Source of the DNA: Pocillopora damicornis
Taxonomy: Eukaryota
Reading direction: 5' to 3'
DNA: 64,000 nucleotides
Assembly: GCF_003704095.1 (NCBI RefSeq)
Contig: NW_020843826.1
Location: 1 to 64,000, forward strand
Of the stretch, positions 1-12,590 are shown piece after piece. The translations under genes and the position numbers were made by a program. Numbering within the stretch: position 1 is the stretch's first letter; each line of letters opens with the position of its first letter. Below the pieces are notes generated by a model that searched no databases, had not been told where the DNA came from, and saw only the letters and a program-made list of their open reading frames with translations.

Positions 1-670
1 TTTAAAGCACAGTTATACGTTTAAGAGGAGACATATTTGAATTTTTACCTCTGAAAGGGCGAGTTGCATCGCTTCCTGAAACACTAAGTTTGATAGGGTC
101 GAGGTTACATCATCCTTGTATATCTCAACAAAATTTTGGTTGTGCCATGGAAAGGAAATTGATCTTGAAGACTAATTCAAAGCCCTCGGAAGGACTGGTC
201 TTAATAAATATATTGTGTTATTTTCTGGGCCCAGTACTCACCAATTATTATTGCAACGGATTAGAAGAACTTTTTCACATCTGCCGGAGCGATACCAGTT
301 CGCTGATACAAGCGAAAAACAGAAAGAACGAAATTAAAACATTTCGCTAGAAAAAATGCACTGGAAAGTCAAACAGATGATTTTAGTAGCCATATACAGA
401 GAAAGTATAGCACAATTGGTCTCATCAGTGTGTAAATTAAGTGCACCTGCAATGCATCTGTTACTAAAGACAAGTCAGAGGTACCTGCAGATGGAAAAAT
501 CCCTTATCTTTTTTAAACAGGTACAACAAAAATTAAAGCACGGAAACAAGAACCTTGGTTTTCAACTCAAATGGCATTGAAATCTTTGAGGCGTTTTGTT
601 TTAAATTAGATCGTCTAACAAACAAAAATGAAACTGTCAACAAGCTGATAGGTTTACTTTCAAAATGTCT

Positions 671-1090
671 ATTTTGTTTCAGTCGAACAATTTTAATTTA
701 ATGGGTCTGTGATACGATTTCTGGATTCAAATTGCCGCTACACTGAGATATCCACGGATTTAAAGCCTTTTGCGAGTTTTTTTTCCTTTATTTTTCCTTT
801 ATTTTTTTTTTACAAATAATTATGCACAGCATGCACGTTTATCTATCGCCAAGTTTGCGCTAATTTGAATCCGAGTTTTGTATTTTGTTTCAGTTGAACA
901 ATTTTAGTTTAATGGGTCTGTGATACGATTTTCTGGATTCAAATTGCCACGAGACTGAGATATCCACGGATTAAAAGCCTTTTTCAGTTTTTTTCCTTTG
1001 TTTCCCTTGGTTTTTTTTTACAAATGATTATGCAAAGCATGCACGTTTATCTATCGCCAAGTTCGCGCTAATTTGAATACGAGGTTTGTA
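671..1090. repeat. Tandem duplication of a ~210-bp non-coding unit (copies ~671-881 and ~882-1090)
   Basis: The block attttgtttcagt(c/t)gaacaatttt...gggtctgtgatacgattt...gagatatccacggatt...gcatgcacgtttatctatcgccaagtt...gcgctaatttgaat occurs twice head-to-tail. Confidence 0.9.
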
Positions 1091-1798
1091 GTTTTAACTG
1101 AATTACATGACAGTACACATTTTATGTAGATTCTTCTCGAAACTATACTATGAAAGGATGTAAACTTCCAAACTTTAAACTTCTATCTAAACTTCCAATA
1201 GCCATCAGCCATTTAAAAGGTGTTCGAACGAAAATATACGAAATAGTCACCGATCTGGACAGACGTAATAAATTCGCGCTGGAAAAACAAGGATTTTATT
1301 TGCAATTGATGTAATCGATTTAGCCGTACGTGACTCGGCAGTAGTTGTTTACGTGTGTAAATATGAAAATATAATTAATTAGCCGTAAAAGCATGTACTG
1401 AAATAAGAGCAATTTTATAGCTGTTTACACTAATTAGCTAACCAGAAGTCGAGCGAATTTCTGTACAGATGCAGCGGGCTGCTTTCGGTTCACTTTTTTT
1501 TTCAAGCCTATATAAGGGAATACTGCGATTCAATGATCCTTCAGGGGCCTTCTGTTTACCTGCGGTCAAATAACTGACAGTCCTATTAATTTATTGCCTA
1601 CAATTGACTTGCCCGCGGCACTTTTCTTGTATTCGCAAGAACATCTGCATTTAACTTAGTGGATACCGGTGAAAAACGATCTGCAAAACATAAGCCGATT
1701 CTGAGGCACCGACTGTTAACTATTACCGACCGGCAGTCCTGTAGATTTCAACTCTTGTGGTAATATAGAAGGAAATTGTTCACATCAAACTAAACGAA

Positions 1799-2651
1799 AT
1801 GAGTGGGCAAAATCTGACAGTTTCATGTTCGGAAGGTTCACTGGGGAATTTACACCTGCAATTGACATTTCTGTTGGTTTTAAATATTTTCCTCGCCATT
1901 GTAACCATCTTGGGGAACAAGCTGATTCTTGTTGCTCTACACCATGAGTCTTCCCTTCATCCGCCGTCCAAACTCTTGCTTCGTGGTCTGGCCACCACTG
2001 ATCTTTGCGTCGGACTAATCTCCCAGCCTGTTTGTGTTGCCTTTTGGGTCTCAATTGTAGTCAAAAACTGGACCATTTGTCGATACTCGAGAATGTTGCG
2101 TTTTATCCTGGGTTACCTTCTAGGTTCTGTGTCTTTGTTGACGTTGACTGCAATCAGTGTTGATCGACTACTCGCTTTGTTATTAGGGTTGCGATACAGA
2201 CAGGTTGTAACCTTAAAGCGAACATACTTGATTTTAGCTGTCATTTGGGTAATTTCAACTTTCGCTGCGGTAATCTCACTTTGGAACGACCTTATCACAA
2301 CATGGTATGGCTACATTGGAATATCACTGTGTTTAGTTATCTCATCGTTTTCGTACTCAATCATTTTCTGGAAACTCCGCCAACATCAAACTCAATCGCA
2401 TGTACAGACAAATGCGGAGACAAGTCCACTGAACGTCACGCGATATAAAAGGGCAGTCACTAGTGCGTTGTGGCTGCAGTTGGCTTTAATAACTTGCTAT
2501 CTACCATATGAAATTACCGATATTATATACAATCTGAAAGATCTCACCCCATCAGTTTTTCTCGCTGCTCAATGTGGGATCATTTTAATCTACTTAAATT
2601 CAGCACTGAATCCCATTCTTTATTGCTGGAAGATCGCTGAGGTGAGACAAG
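1799..2651 (+). CDS. Intronless rhodopsin-family (class A) orphan GPCR, melanocortin/adenosine-receptor-like; C-terminus lost in N-gap
   Basis: Seven hydrophobic segments with GN (TM1), LAxxD (TM2), SVDRL (DRY variant), CYLP (TM6) and NSALNPILYCW (NPxxY); short N-terminus with an NLT sequon. Confidence 0.92.
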
Positions 2652-2751
2652 NNNNNNNNNNNNNNNNNNNNNNNNNNNNNNNNNNNNNNNNNNNNNNNNN
2701 NNNNNNNNNNNNNNNNNNNNNNNNNNNNNNNNNNNNNNNNNNNNNNNNNNN

Positions 2752-2898
2752 TGTGTAACCGCATCCCCAAGGGTAACATGAAACCTGAGCTTAACCAAAC
2801 CCAAGTCATTTACCCTCCGCAAGGCCCCAAACCCAAGGTGTGTGTAACCACGGCTATTACGAGAGTCATACTCAGCAGACTTAACTGGGGATTTACAT
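2752..2898 (-). pseudogene. Isolated, divergent S1 (trypsin-fold) protease middle exon; runs into gap
   Basis: After a tacag acceptor it translates as CKSPVKSAEYDSRNSRGYTHLGFGALRRVNDLGLVKLRFHVTLGDAVT, resembling the catalytic-Asp segment (HPxF...NDIALLKL..PV.L...V). No matching IVGG/TAAHC exon was found. Confidence 0.45.
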
Positions 2899-2904
2899 CT
2901 GTAG

Positions 2905-3121
2905 TTAACATTTCCCTCTAACTCCCAAGATTTGATTGTTAATTCTCCCCTCTCGCTGCTACACGTTTCCTTGTAAATTAATGACAAGAATTTGGTGTTA
3001 GATCAAGATAACACCTTCTAGCTGATATGTTGGAATTTTCTCATTACCTGTTTGCTGGATAATATGAGGATACTATAGGGAGAAGTTTCATGTTGATCAC
3101 CTCTGGGAGTTAAAGGGTTAA
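2905..3121. mobile_element. ~200-bp TTAA-flanked MITE (piggyBac-like non-autonomous family)
   Basis: ccctctaactccca...tgggagttaaaggg followed by ttaa; same family recurs throughout the window. Confidence 0.8.
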
Positions 3122-4044
3122 TCATATTTTTATCAGTCATAGCATAGTAGTCAGCCAGAAGCATCAATCATTTGCAATGATTGCCAAATCATGAACGATG
3201 TAATTAAATTTCCAGATCCCACTAAAGATCGAGAGAGTTCGTTTTTAAAGGAAAAGTATGCTTCAGCAACCATACCATTTTAAGGCATTTGAATGCAATT
3301 ATAGCCCAGGGGAGTTTTGAACGAACCGATCTTCAAAACTTCAATTATCCGTGGACTGCCTTGGAGGGGGGGAGAAAGAAGTTGAAGCTTGAATTGATCG
3401 ACGCTTAGTTACTACCATTCTGAAGCATGAAGGGATTTTATAATGAAGTTTTGGGCTTGGATTTTTTTTTTTCTTTTTAGCTAGTTTACCTCACACACTC
3501 GATATACTAGATTTCCAAGGCTTAACCAACAAATATTTGACTCAATAACTTGCTGTGTTCTGAACTTCTGTAAGCCTTTTAGCCTTAGTAAGTTTGAATT
3601 GTGGACAGGAGCGGCTCTCGGATTCAAGAAGAATGTAGGACTCAATCTGCTGATGATGGGAGGGAAATTGAGAACCACCTGGGAAAAACAAATTATCTAC
3701 TAACGAATATTGAACCAAGGATAACTACACACAAAGGTTAACCTTATTTTAATGTGAATATTTAACCCGCTAGTGGAGAAAAACCTTAGTAAAAGCTCAA
3801 ACTATCTACTAACTTCATGACACACTTTTAAATTTACTCTACAAATTGTCCAAATGAGCAAATATCTAATACCAAATACCGAGCCAAATTCTGTCATCAC
3901 ATCAATATCTATATAACAATTACTGTCCCACTTACAAGCTTTAACTTTATTCTAATATTAGGTGAACGGGAGAGATTTATTGTCAATGACAGTCAATCAG
4001 TCAAAAGACACAAAATCAATCACACTAGCTTTTTACCGGTGGTA

Positions 4045-5436
4045 TCATAAACGTGATACACTTTTTATCCAATCACGTACGTGAGAGACATTGGCATAGA
4101 CTCCTAGGTGGCCCTCCCATCCACAACCGTAACCCCAGCTGACGACTCCTTCTAGTTTCCAAATGCGGTTTTGGTGCTCGCAAACATATGGTCCTCCGCT
4201 ATCGCCCTCACAAGAATCTTTTCTGTCTGTTAGATGTCCTCCACACAGCATACTTTCGTGGACCTCTTCTGGATAGATCTTTCGGCAGTCAGAATAGGGC
4301 ACGATTGGAACGGTCACCTGACAAAAAGATAACAAAAGGAAGAAAAGAAAACTCGCACCTTTAGGTTAACGTCTCACAAAACGCGGCTAAAAATTTGCGA
4401 TACTTCAGTCTTGCAAGACTGTTTTTCGACATCATTGTGATTACAGTTTAAAATGAACAGTTGTCAGGCTTTCGGCTTGCCCGAAGAGAGAAGTTGTATT
4501 GCATTTGAAAATCTGCTTTTATTTCTAAACTTTTTAATTCATTTTAAAAGTAATACATGTTAAACCTCGAATGGTGCGTTTACCTGCATAAGGTAGTCTG
4601 AATAAGGACCATAATAACTCAGGCGACCCCAACCGGTCACCGTGCAATCTGTACCCGGTTGGTCATCCTTGTCAGGCAAGCAAATTGGGCGGACTGCGCT
4701 GTTCAATTGGGCTGGTCCGTCTAGCAGGAGCAAGGCCACATCATTTGCCCACATAACGGGATCGTTGTACTTCGGGTGTCGATAAATCTGTCGCACTCGT
4801 AAGTCTTGCACCCACTTATTCGGCTTGGTTCGGTGGTGTGCACCGACCCTAAGTGACAAATAATTGTGGTAAATATATACCGTATATTTTTTAATTTTTT
4901 CCACCAAGTTTAATATCAACCTCCACCAAGAAAACATCATCGCTTTCCTTTACCGTTTTAGTGCATGAAAGGGAAAAGTAAAAAATGTTAATGATTTCGA
5001 TTGCGAAAACCTTAACGGTAGTAAACGATAACGTATGTATTTCAGCGTATTGTTGATGAGGCAACCATGAATCCTTTTATGATATACAGTTCTCAACTTC
5101 AAAATTTCGTTACGTTTGCAAGACACTACATGTCCTTTCGTTTACATTTAAAGAATAAGAGTTTTTTTATGACAGAAGGGAAAATATTGGATGGAACGAA
5201 TGTTAAATATCACTTGTTACAGCATTCGACATGTAACCTTTCTTACCTAACTATAACATCTTCATTCATCAAATAGTCCGGCAAACAGTGGTTTGCGGTG
5301 ATGACCCAAAATTCATTCAATAACGTCCCTCCGCAGCCGGGATCAGGATACATGAGCATGACCTGCCAAGGCCAAGAATGAGGGGCAGCTTTGTAGCCTC
5401 CGACTATACGAGAACGCGTGCGAACACCACAGCCAT
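4045..5436 (-). CDS. Trypsin-like S1A serine protease; exons 5436-5247, 4848-4584, 4317-4045; 5' (signal peptide) exon not identified
   Basis: CG..R/IVGG activation site, triad TANHC / NDVALL / [10 protein letters not shown] (Asp at S1, trypsin specificity), SWGYGC, GVYA. GT-AG splice sites keep the frame. Confidence 0.93.
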
Positions 5437-7323
5437 CTTGAAACGAAAAATACATTATCTTAAATACATTCGATGTATTATCTCAGATGTTATCATGGGT
5501 GGGTTAAAACCATTTTCGATATGCCAAAGTCTCTCGCTGTCCACCTCCATTTTTCCATAAACTTGAGTGGGAAAACATATCTTTAAACCTTTGTTTTGTA
5601 CTATCGCTAGCCGCGGAGATGAACTAATATGGCAGCTACATAAAGACAGAGTCAATTGGAGCCGAGAAAAATACTGCATACTAGTTTGGACTGATCAGAA
5701 TTGAATAGCATGAAGAAGCAGACAGAGAAAGGACCTCGCTGAACTCAGTCGATCAATTTTTGTTTGCAAAAATTTATATTCGATCGAAAAGATTCTTGCT
5801 AAACTCCGTTTCCGTTCTCGGTATTTTACACAAGTGAATATTTTCACGTTTCGTGACATTTGCATTGTCCTTTAGAACCTGAAAGTGATGACGGCTGAAC
5901 AACGCTTTGAATATACTGAGTTCTGATTTACTATATGGTCTTACAAAGAAGGAAACCGATGCGTACATATGTGCTCTGAAATACATTTTAAGAAAGCCCA
6001 TAGGGTTTTTGACCCCCTAATAATTTCGGAGTTAGAAGAGGGATCTTTCAAATGAGATTCAAAACGTTCCTTCGGTAGAATTTCCTATGATTTGGTAGGG
6101 CACTTTAATGTGTTTGTCCCCTTGCTGTTGCCTATTATAAAAATAATTAATGAGACCAATGCTAAGATAGAGGCAGAAAAAAAAATGTGTAAAGAACGAA
6201 GAAACTGCCTTCGTAATTCCTATTTCTCCGACTATAAAACGATCGTCAGGACAAATATTGCATCGTGAAAAACGTGGAAGATTTCAACCAAAGAAATTGG
6301 AGCGTTTTCGCTCAATAACGGAAACTTTAATGTCCATGTTAACTACAGAAAACGATACTCCGACTCTTTTATATTACATTTTGGTCACTTTTAATGACCT
6401 TGAAGACGGAATACAACAAAAACTCTTCATGAAAACGTAACGTAAACCTTTTCTTATAACTAATAAAAGTATACGGGAACTTACCTACAACAAAGAATCC
6501 ATAGACGACGATAACTAAAAGTGTTAGAAACTTGGGAAGGAAGAAGCCCGCCTTCGGGAAAGCTCTATCGAATTTTCTACTGTTGAGATAATCCATATTG
6601 AAACGTGGTGTTAGCGAAAAGGGTGGTTCTTTGAGCGTTGATCTTTATGGCCAGCGTTCTGTACCTACCCACGCAGAAAAAAGAAACTGCAGGCGAGGTA
6701 GCTCGTAACGATAGTTCATTCCTTCCCATTTCGAAATCGAAAAGTTAAAGAAGAACCCTTCTAAGCTCAAAAGTACCAAACATTTGTTATCATCATCACA
6801 CGAAGAGCTTTGTTCACAATAAACGGAGCAGTTGATTGTCATTCCGGAAGCAAAGATCAAAATCAAAAAACGAAAAACCAAATAGGAGAAAATTAGCATA
6901 AGAAACTTCCGGAGAATATTCTCTTGAATATTCTCTCCGGCAGCCGAACAATTTTCACAAAATTTCCCCTGAAAAATTTCCTCAGACTTCTTGAGACGTT
7001 GTTTAGAAATTTCAAGCGATTCTGGATCGAATTGCAAGTCTACTAGTCTACAAGGAAGAATGCATTCATTTGTACTCTGCATGGCTGATGCCTCTTCAAA
7101 TGAATTCATATTGACAATGCTTTGGCGCGACACACCTGCACGGTTCTTAGCAGCCTTTCCTTATGCAAACTAGTTTACCGCGTGTAAAAGCGTCTTGGGT
7201 ATGTTTTCGGATTTTGGTAGCCAGCGAGCGAGGAAGTTTTTTTCATTAATACCTGATTTTTGTAGACCTTTTGCAATGAGTTATTTGGTGTCTCAGGAAC
7301 GTGTTACACTGCACAAATATTAA

Positions 7324-8086
7324 GGGCCTGTTTACACGCAGATGAAGGCCTCCTGGAGGGTGAAGTAACCCGCCTTGCCGTGGTCGAAGAAAAGCCTGCG
7401 TTTACATGCCATCTTACAATCTCGGGATTCCGGGTGAAGTTTCTCGAGGTTGCTGTCGCGTATGGAGTGCCATATAGGACAATATTTTATAGCAACAAGT
7501 ATTTACGGTAAATGAAATATTTATGGCTATGATAAATAAATATATGGCATTGTCCTGGCATTGTTTCATATATTTGGGGCTAATCACAAATACATTCATC
7601 CAATTACAAATATATTTAGAGCATACGGCAAATATTTATGCCCTTTAGCATTCACCTATATCTAGGGCATTGCGGAATTATATGTAGGTCACTGCTTACA
7701 AAGATATAGATAGACGGTTATTGTGTCCGCTATCAAGTTTGGTCAGCGGTGATACTTCAGTGCGTTACAAAACTTTTTACGGCTATTGTGCTCGCTATCA
7801 AGTCGAGAGAATGACGGGGGAAATGATTAACGATTTTGAGGAATTTTCGCAAAGTTCAATCCCCTTGCTGTTCTATCACGATCACGCTCAACGAAACCTT
7901 CATACTCTGAAAACAATTATGTTCTGGAGTATTTTGAACGCCGATTAGGTGATCTCATTGCAATGCGAAGAACACAACACCAGTGAGGACTCACTTCAGC
8001 TGCTTTACCTTTTGCATGAAAACATCAGTGGTTCAAATGGTCGGTTCTAAGATTTTTGGGTCCCCCAGCTCAATGTAAACAGGCCT
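7324..8086. mobile_element. Non-autonomous DNA transposon, PIF/Harbinger-like
   Basis: Terminal inverted repeats ggcctgtttaca (7325-7336) and tgtaaacaggcc (8074-8085); left end preceded by TAA; no transposase ORF inside. Confidence 0.55.
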
Positions 8087-8184
8087 GGCTTGGTTTACAA
8101 CATACTCGATATTATCAGGAAACGGCGGAAATATTAAAAAGTAAACCTCACACTTAATCCAGATGTAATTAGTATAGGTACTAA

Positions 8185-8505
8185 TATGAGTGCAATTTGG
8201 TGTTAATAAGCACGAGTAAATTTTTCGAATACAACAAAATTGCACGAACCTATAGGGCGAGTGCAATTTGTAGTCTTTTAAAATTTTACAAGTCCTTATT
8301 TACACTAAATTGCACGCGAAATCGTGTTATTACTTATCAATAATTTACATGAAGAAGCATCACAGAAAGTCAAAACCGACGAAATTTTGACAGCGCGCGC
8401 CATTTGTAAGTTGCACTTGTTTTACAACTTTGCTCTCGTGATACATGAAAAATGCACTCACTTCCAGCCATTCAGAAGTGCGTAATTCTTTTATGTACAT
8501 TATCA
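8185..8505. repeat. Dispersed repeat (gagtgcaattt.../aaattgcacg family); related pieces near 32040-32165 and 44075-44195 (reverse)
   Basis: Shared motifs gagtgcaatttg, aaattgcacg, tacaacttt, cagcca.t.agaag.gcgtaatt at several positions. Confidence 0.6.
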
Positions 8506-9051
8506 TTCGCGAGAATATTACTGATATCGACAGTGCTTGTAACGCACATTTTCGTTGCGTAAGGATGGCGAAGTGTGTGCTAAAAATAGCCTGAAATGCA
8601 CGAGACATTGGGTTAAGGATGGCATTTCAATTAAGCTCCTGACTGATAAGAAGTCCATGTCTCTTTTAAAAGTACTTTTTACTTTTCTATTGTTTATCTA
8701 TCAAGAATATAAAACAAGAAATACATTTTCTTTTCTTTGATTAGGCTGTGTTGAGGGAAAATCATTTCCGCAAAACTGGAATCTCGCGCGTTTTTTTAAC
8801 AAGGCACACACCCCCACTCTTCAACCATATTTGGTAATAAACTCCATAATAAGCGTATTCGAAACAAAGAGCACACCATATTAGGAAATCAAAACAAGTC
8901 TTTCCAGTCATGCTGCTTTACAGCATATTTACTATCACGAGTTAAGGTTGTTTTGGAGTAAAAATCTCAAACCTTGCGATCCCTTTCATCAATACTACGA
9001 AGCGGTGAAAAGGGTACAGCGGTACAGATCCTAAAGCACACGTAAATCACC

Positions 9052-12000
9052 ATGGTTGATAGCGTTTACCGTACACGTTCCTTGGGAATCGGTGTCTCTG
9101 GCATTCCAGATCAGTACGCAGATGGAAAAGCCGCAAAAGTCTGGCAGCACTACATCGGTGGACACAAGAAACGAACAGAGTCATATAGAGAATTCTTCTG
9201 CAATCTTTTGAATGACAACGGTGTAAAACACATTCTCGATGTCGCTTGTGGAACAGGGTGAGAAAACGACCCTCAATTTATTGCTCAAATTTGACAATGA
9301 ACACGTCACGAAATCGAAACATCTAAAATAATGTTGTCTTTGATAATTGTGTGCTCTTGAAGATGCACATTTTTACATTTTTATTGGCTTTTATAAATCA
9401 GCAAATAGTACACAAAGTGATCTGCTGTGGTGAAACGTTTGCGCATTATTTGACTCTGTCTTCGAAACCTACTTCGTGGATTATTATTGTGCCTTGAGGA
9501 TTTCATTATCATATGACACGTCAATCTCGTTAGGAAGCCGGTTCGCCAAGATATTGTCAGGTTTTTTTCTTGTTTGGGAATGGTTGGTACGTGACTAAAC
9601 TCTTTGTTTTGACGTACATATCTACGAGGCAATCATAAGCTAAGCTGATTCTCAAAGATCGTATTCCCTCTTTCCACAGCTGAAGTTTACTGTGCTCTTT
9701 CTTTGTCCACGTAATCACTCATGGAGACGTTAGCGTAAATTTTACACCTTAAGATCAGTATGCATATTCATATGCATATTCTCTCACCATAGTTTATTGG
9801 TGATCATTTCCTTTATTCTCGTGAATTTAAGGTGTGATTCAGAGGTGAAAGGAGAAATTAGATGCTAGTAACTCTTGGGGGGTTAAATAACTGAATAGCA
9901 TCATCTTTGTTAGCAGAGGTTGCACCGTTTTCAAATTTATCTCACTAAATTTTGCTTACTACTCAAACTCTTTTTTAAGTCTTCTGTTGGTCCTAATGTT
10001 TATTTACAGATAAGACACTCCGCACACACTTGAGGTCATGCTACTAAAAACTCAGGGAACTGCAGGATGCATGCAGTTGTCATTTGTCAGAAAAAGGTTG
10101 CCCTTCCTTCACCTTTCTAGCTGTAGAGCTTGATAAAAAAGGAAGGATTCCGCAGTGTTGAGGTAATGTTACTCGAGTTAATCTGACCACTGCTGTGCCT
10201 ATGCAATACAATCAAAATTTACTTCCTGTTTTTGTGAGTGTTGGAGAAGAATTGAGAGAGATTGTACACCACAAATCCCTTGAGGCTTTTGCTAGGATTG
10301 TAAAAGTAACGAGCAAGTAACATTGCTGGCAATCAGATACTTAGATGAGAAGTGAAAATTAATTTCTGAGCTGACTGACAGTCACTTTATCAAGTACCTT
10401 ATAATTGTGTAAAGGGTATCTGAAGGAAAAGCTATTGGAATTCTTACTTAGCATGTTCTTTGTGATCTTTGTAAACACATCCATTACCAAGGATCAGTAG
10501 CTGGCAATTAGGTTATCACTCTTACTAGGGCCATAAATGTTTGTTCATGTGCATTGAGAAGTCCATGGGTACATTGTTATTTTTTCTTGTTTCATGAAGT
10601 AATGCACCAGAGCATCTTTATTTCTCTTAGAGTGGACTCCATTATGCTGCTTGAAAACAACTTTAAAGTGACAAGCACAGATGCCAGTGATAAAATGTTG
10701 AAACAAGCATGGAAGATACGGTGGCAGCGTCGAAAGGAAGAAGCCTTTGATGAGTGGGGTAAGGAATAATCAGTGACCAAAATGGTACACAAGCATTTGT
10801 GCACCAATGGTCTCTTAAATTATTTAAAATTTCTTGTCATTTAATTTCAGAAATTGAAGAAGGCAACTGGCTTTCTTTAAAAGATGCCAACATTGATGTC
10901 CCTCCACAAGGTTTTGATGCAGTCATCTGTCTTGGAAATTCATTTGCTCACTTGCCAGACTTCCAAGGAGACTTAACCAATCAGAAGCTGGCAATTCAAA
11001 ACTTCCAAGATATGTTAAAGCCTGGCGGGGTCTTGTTCATTGACCACCGTAATTATGATGCTATTCTTGATACAGGCAAAGCCCCTCAGCGAAACTTGTA
11101 TTACAATGTAAGTTACTAAATTCAAAATGTACAGTAGTTTTTTTTCTCATTATTTAGCATTTCCAGCCAATAAGGTCACACCTTTAACTCAGATAATTTG
11201 AGCCAATGAAGTCTATTTAACCATCATATATTGAGCATTTGTTGAAGCTTTCTCAAACCCTAAGCCTCACAGCTCTAATAACAAGAAGATGTCACAGGTA
11301 ATTCTCCCACCTGATAACAAATATAATTTGTTTCCCTTTTGGTTACTCAGGAATTTGGTAATTTATCCATTTAGTTTATCCTCTAAGTGCATAATTTTGT
11401 TTGAGAGTGTATTAAGATAGGCTTTATGGATATTTATGGTGCACAACCAAATTACAGCCCCAAGCCTCCCTTTCAAGGTGTGAAGTGGTAAATTTTAACT
11501 CTCATGTAAAGATATAAAAAAGTGGTAATTTTAGTGTAGATTTTAGTGCAAATGAGGCTCTGGGGTTAATTTTCAGGAAGTGACATCCTCACACACAAGA
11601 GCTATTGTGGAGAGAATTCTAATACAGATCATTCCAGGCAGTTGAAAGTATTTATGTGTTAAACTTAACTCAAGCTCAAACCTAACTACTTTAATTTTAT
11701 TGACAGAGTGACTGTATTGAGAGTATCAAGACTTCAGTCCTATTTGTGGATGGCAAAGAGAGTATGATAACATTGGACTACACCGTTGACCCTTCAAAGG
11801 CTTCAGATGATTTTACAGAAGAGGGAGAAGAACCAGCAGTGAAGAAAAGGAAATCAACTGAAGGAGACGTCAGGTATCTTCACACACAGTTGATTTCAAG
11901 TCATTTGACGTTAAAGTGGAAATACAGTGGTGATAAAGTTGTAGGGATCTATTACTTATTTATCACCCCACTGACTTTGTTGGCAAGGCAATAGAGGTCT

Positions 12001-12590
12001 TACATGCCCAACTAATCATTTGTTATCTTCAGTATGGTTTCATAATGCCTTGGTCCAATATGAAACAGCCAGACTGTTACACTTATCAAATATATGTCCT
12101 AGATTTTCTATATAATAAAACCCCACACTCAGGGACCACAAAATTCAAGTTCTGGCATTTATTTGCTAAATCCTTTTCAGGCTTCTGTCATAGTGAATTC
12201 TCATTCTTTTTCAATCTCTCATTCAAGTATGATTCGCAAAAGTGAACTGGGATATTTCCAACATAACATTTTATTTAAATAAGGCAGAATTAGAGGTCTT
12301 TTTCTAATCACACCAAATAGATTTGGGATTTCCATTCTTGTCCTTCAGTTTTCATCACACTCAATTTTTCATTTTTTCTATTCTGTAACTACAGCAAGTT
12401 CCGTCTTTCCTACTGCCCCCTGCGCCTGAGCACATTTACCAACCTCCTGAAAAGCGTCTTCGGTGAAGCCACAAGACATGAAGTGTTTGGCGACTTTGAA
12501 CCCCTTGGACAAGTTGAATGCCCAGCATATTATGTTCACATGATTTGGAAACAGGCCAGTGAAGATGTGAATGGTGTGGAAGATCACTAA
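9052..12590 (+). CDS. GNMT: Glycine N-methyltransferase; exons 9052-9257, 10631-10758, 10851-11107, 11707-11873, 12395-12590
   Basis: [12 protein letters not shown]...[11 protein letters not shown] start, SAM motif [43 protein letters not shown]. All introns are GT-AG and in frame to TAA at 12588-12590. Confidence 0.97.

Noticed and set aside
5455-5760. Possible signal-peptide exon for the protease
   Set aside because: No candidate combined a convincing hydrophobic core with a strong phase-1 donor.
6369-7133. Minus-strand ORFs of 75 and 162 aa with hydrophobic stretches
   Set aside because: No recognisable motif and no consistent exon chain; cannot be tied to the protease gene.
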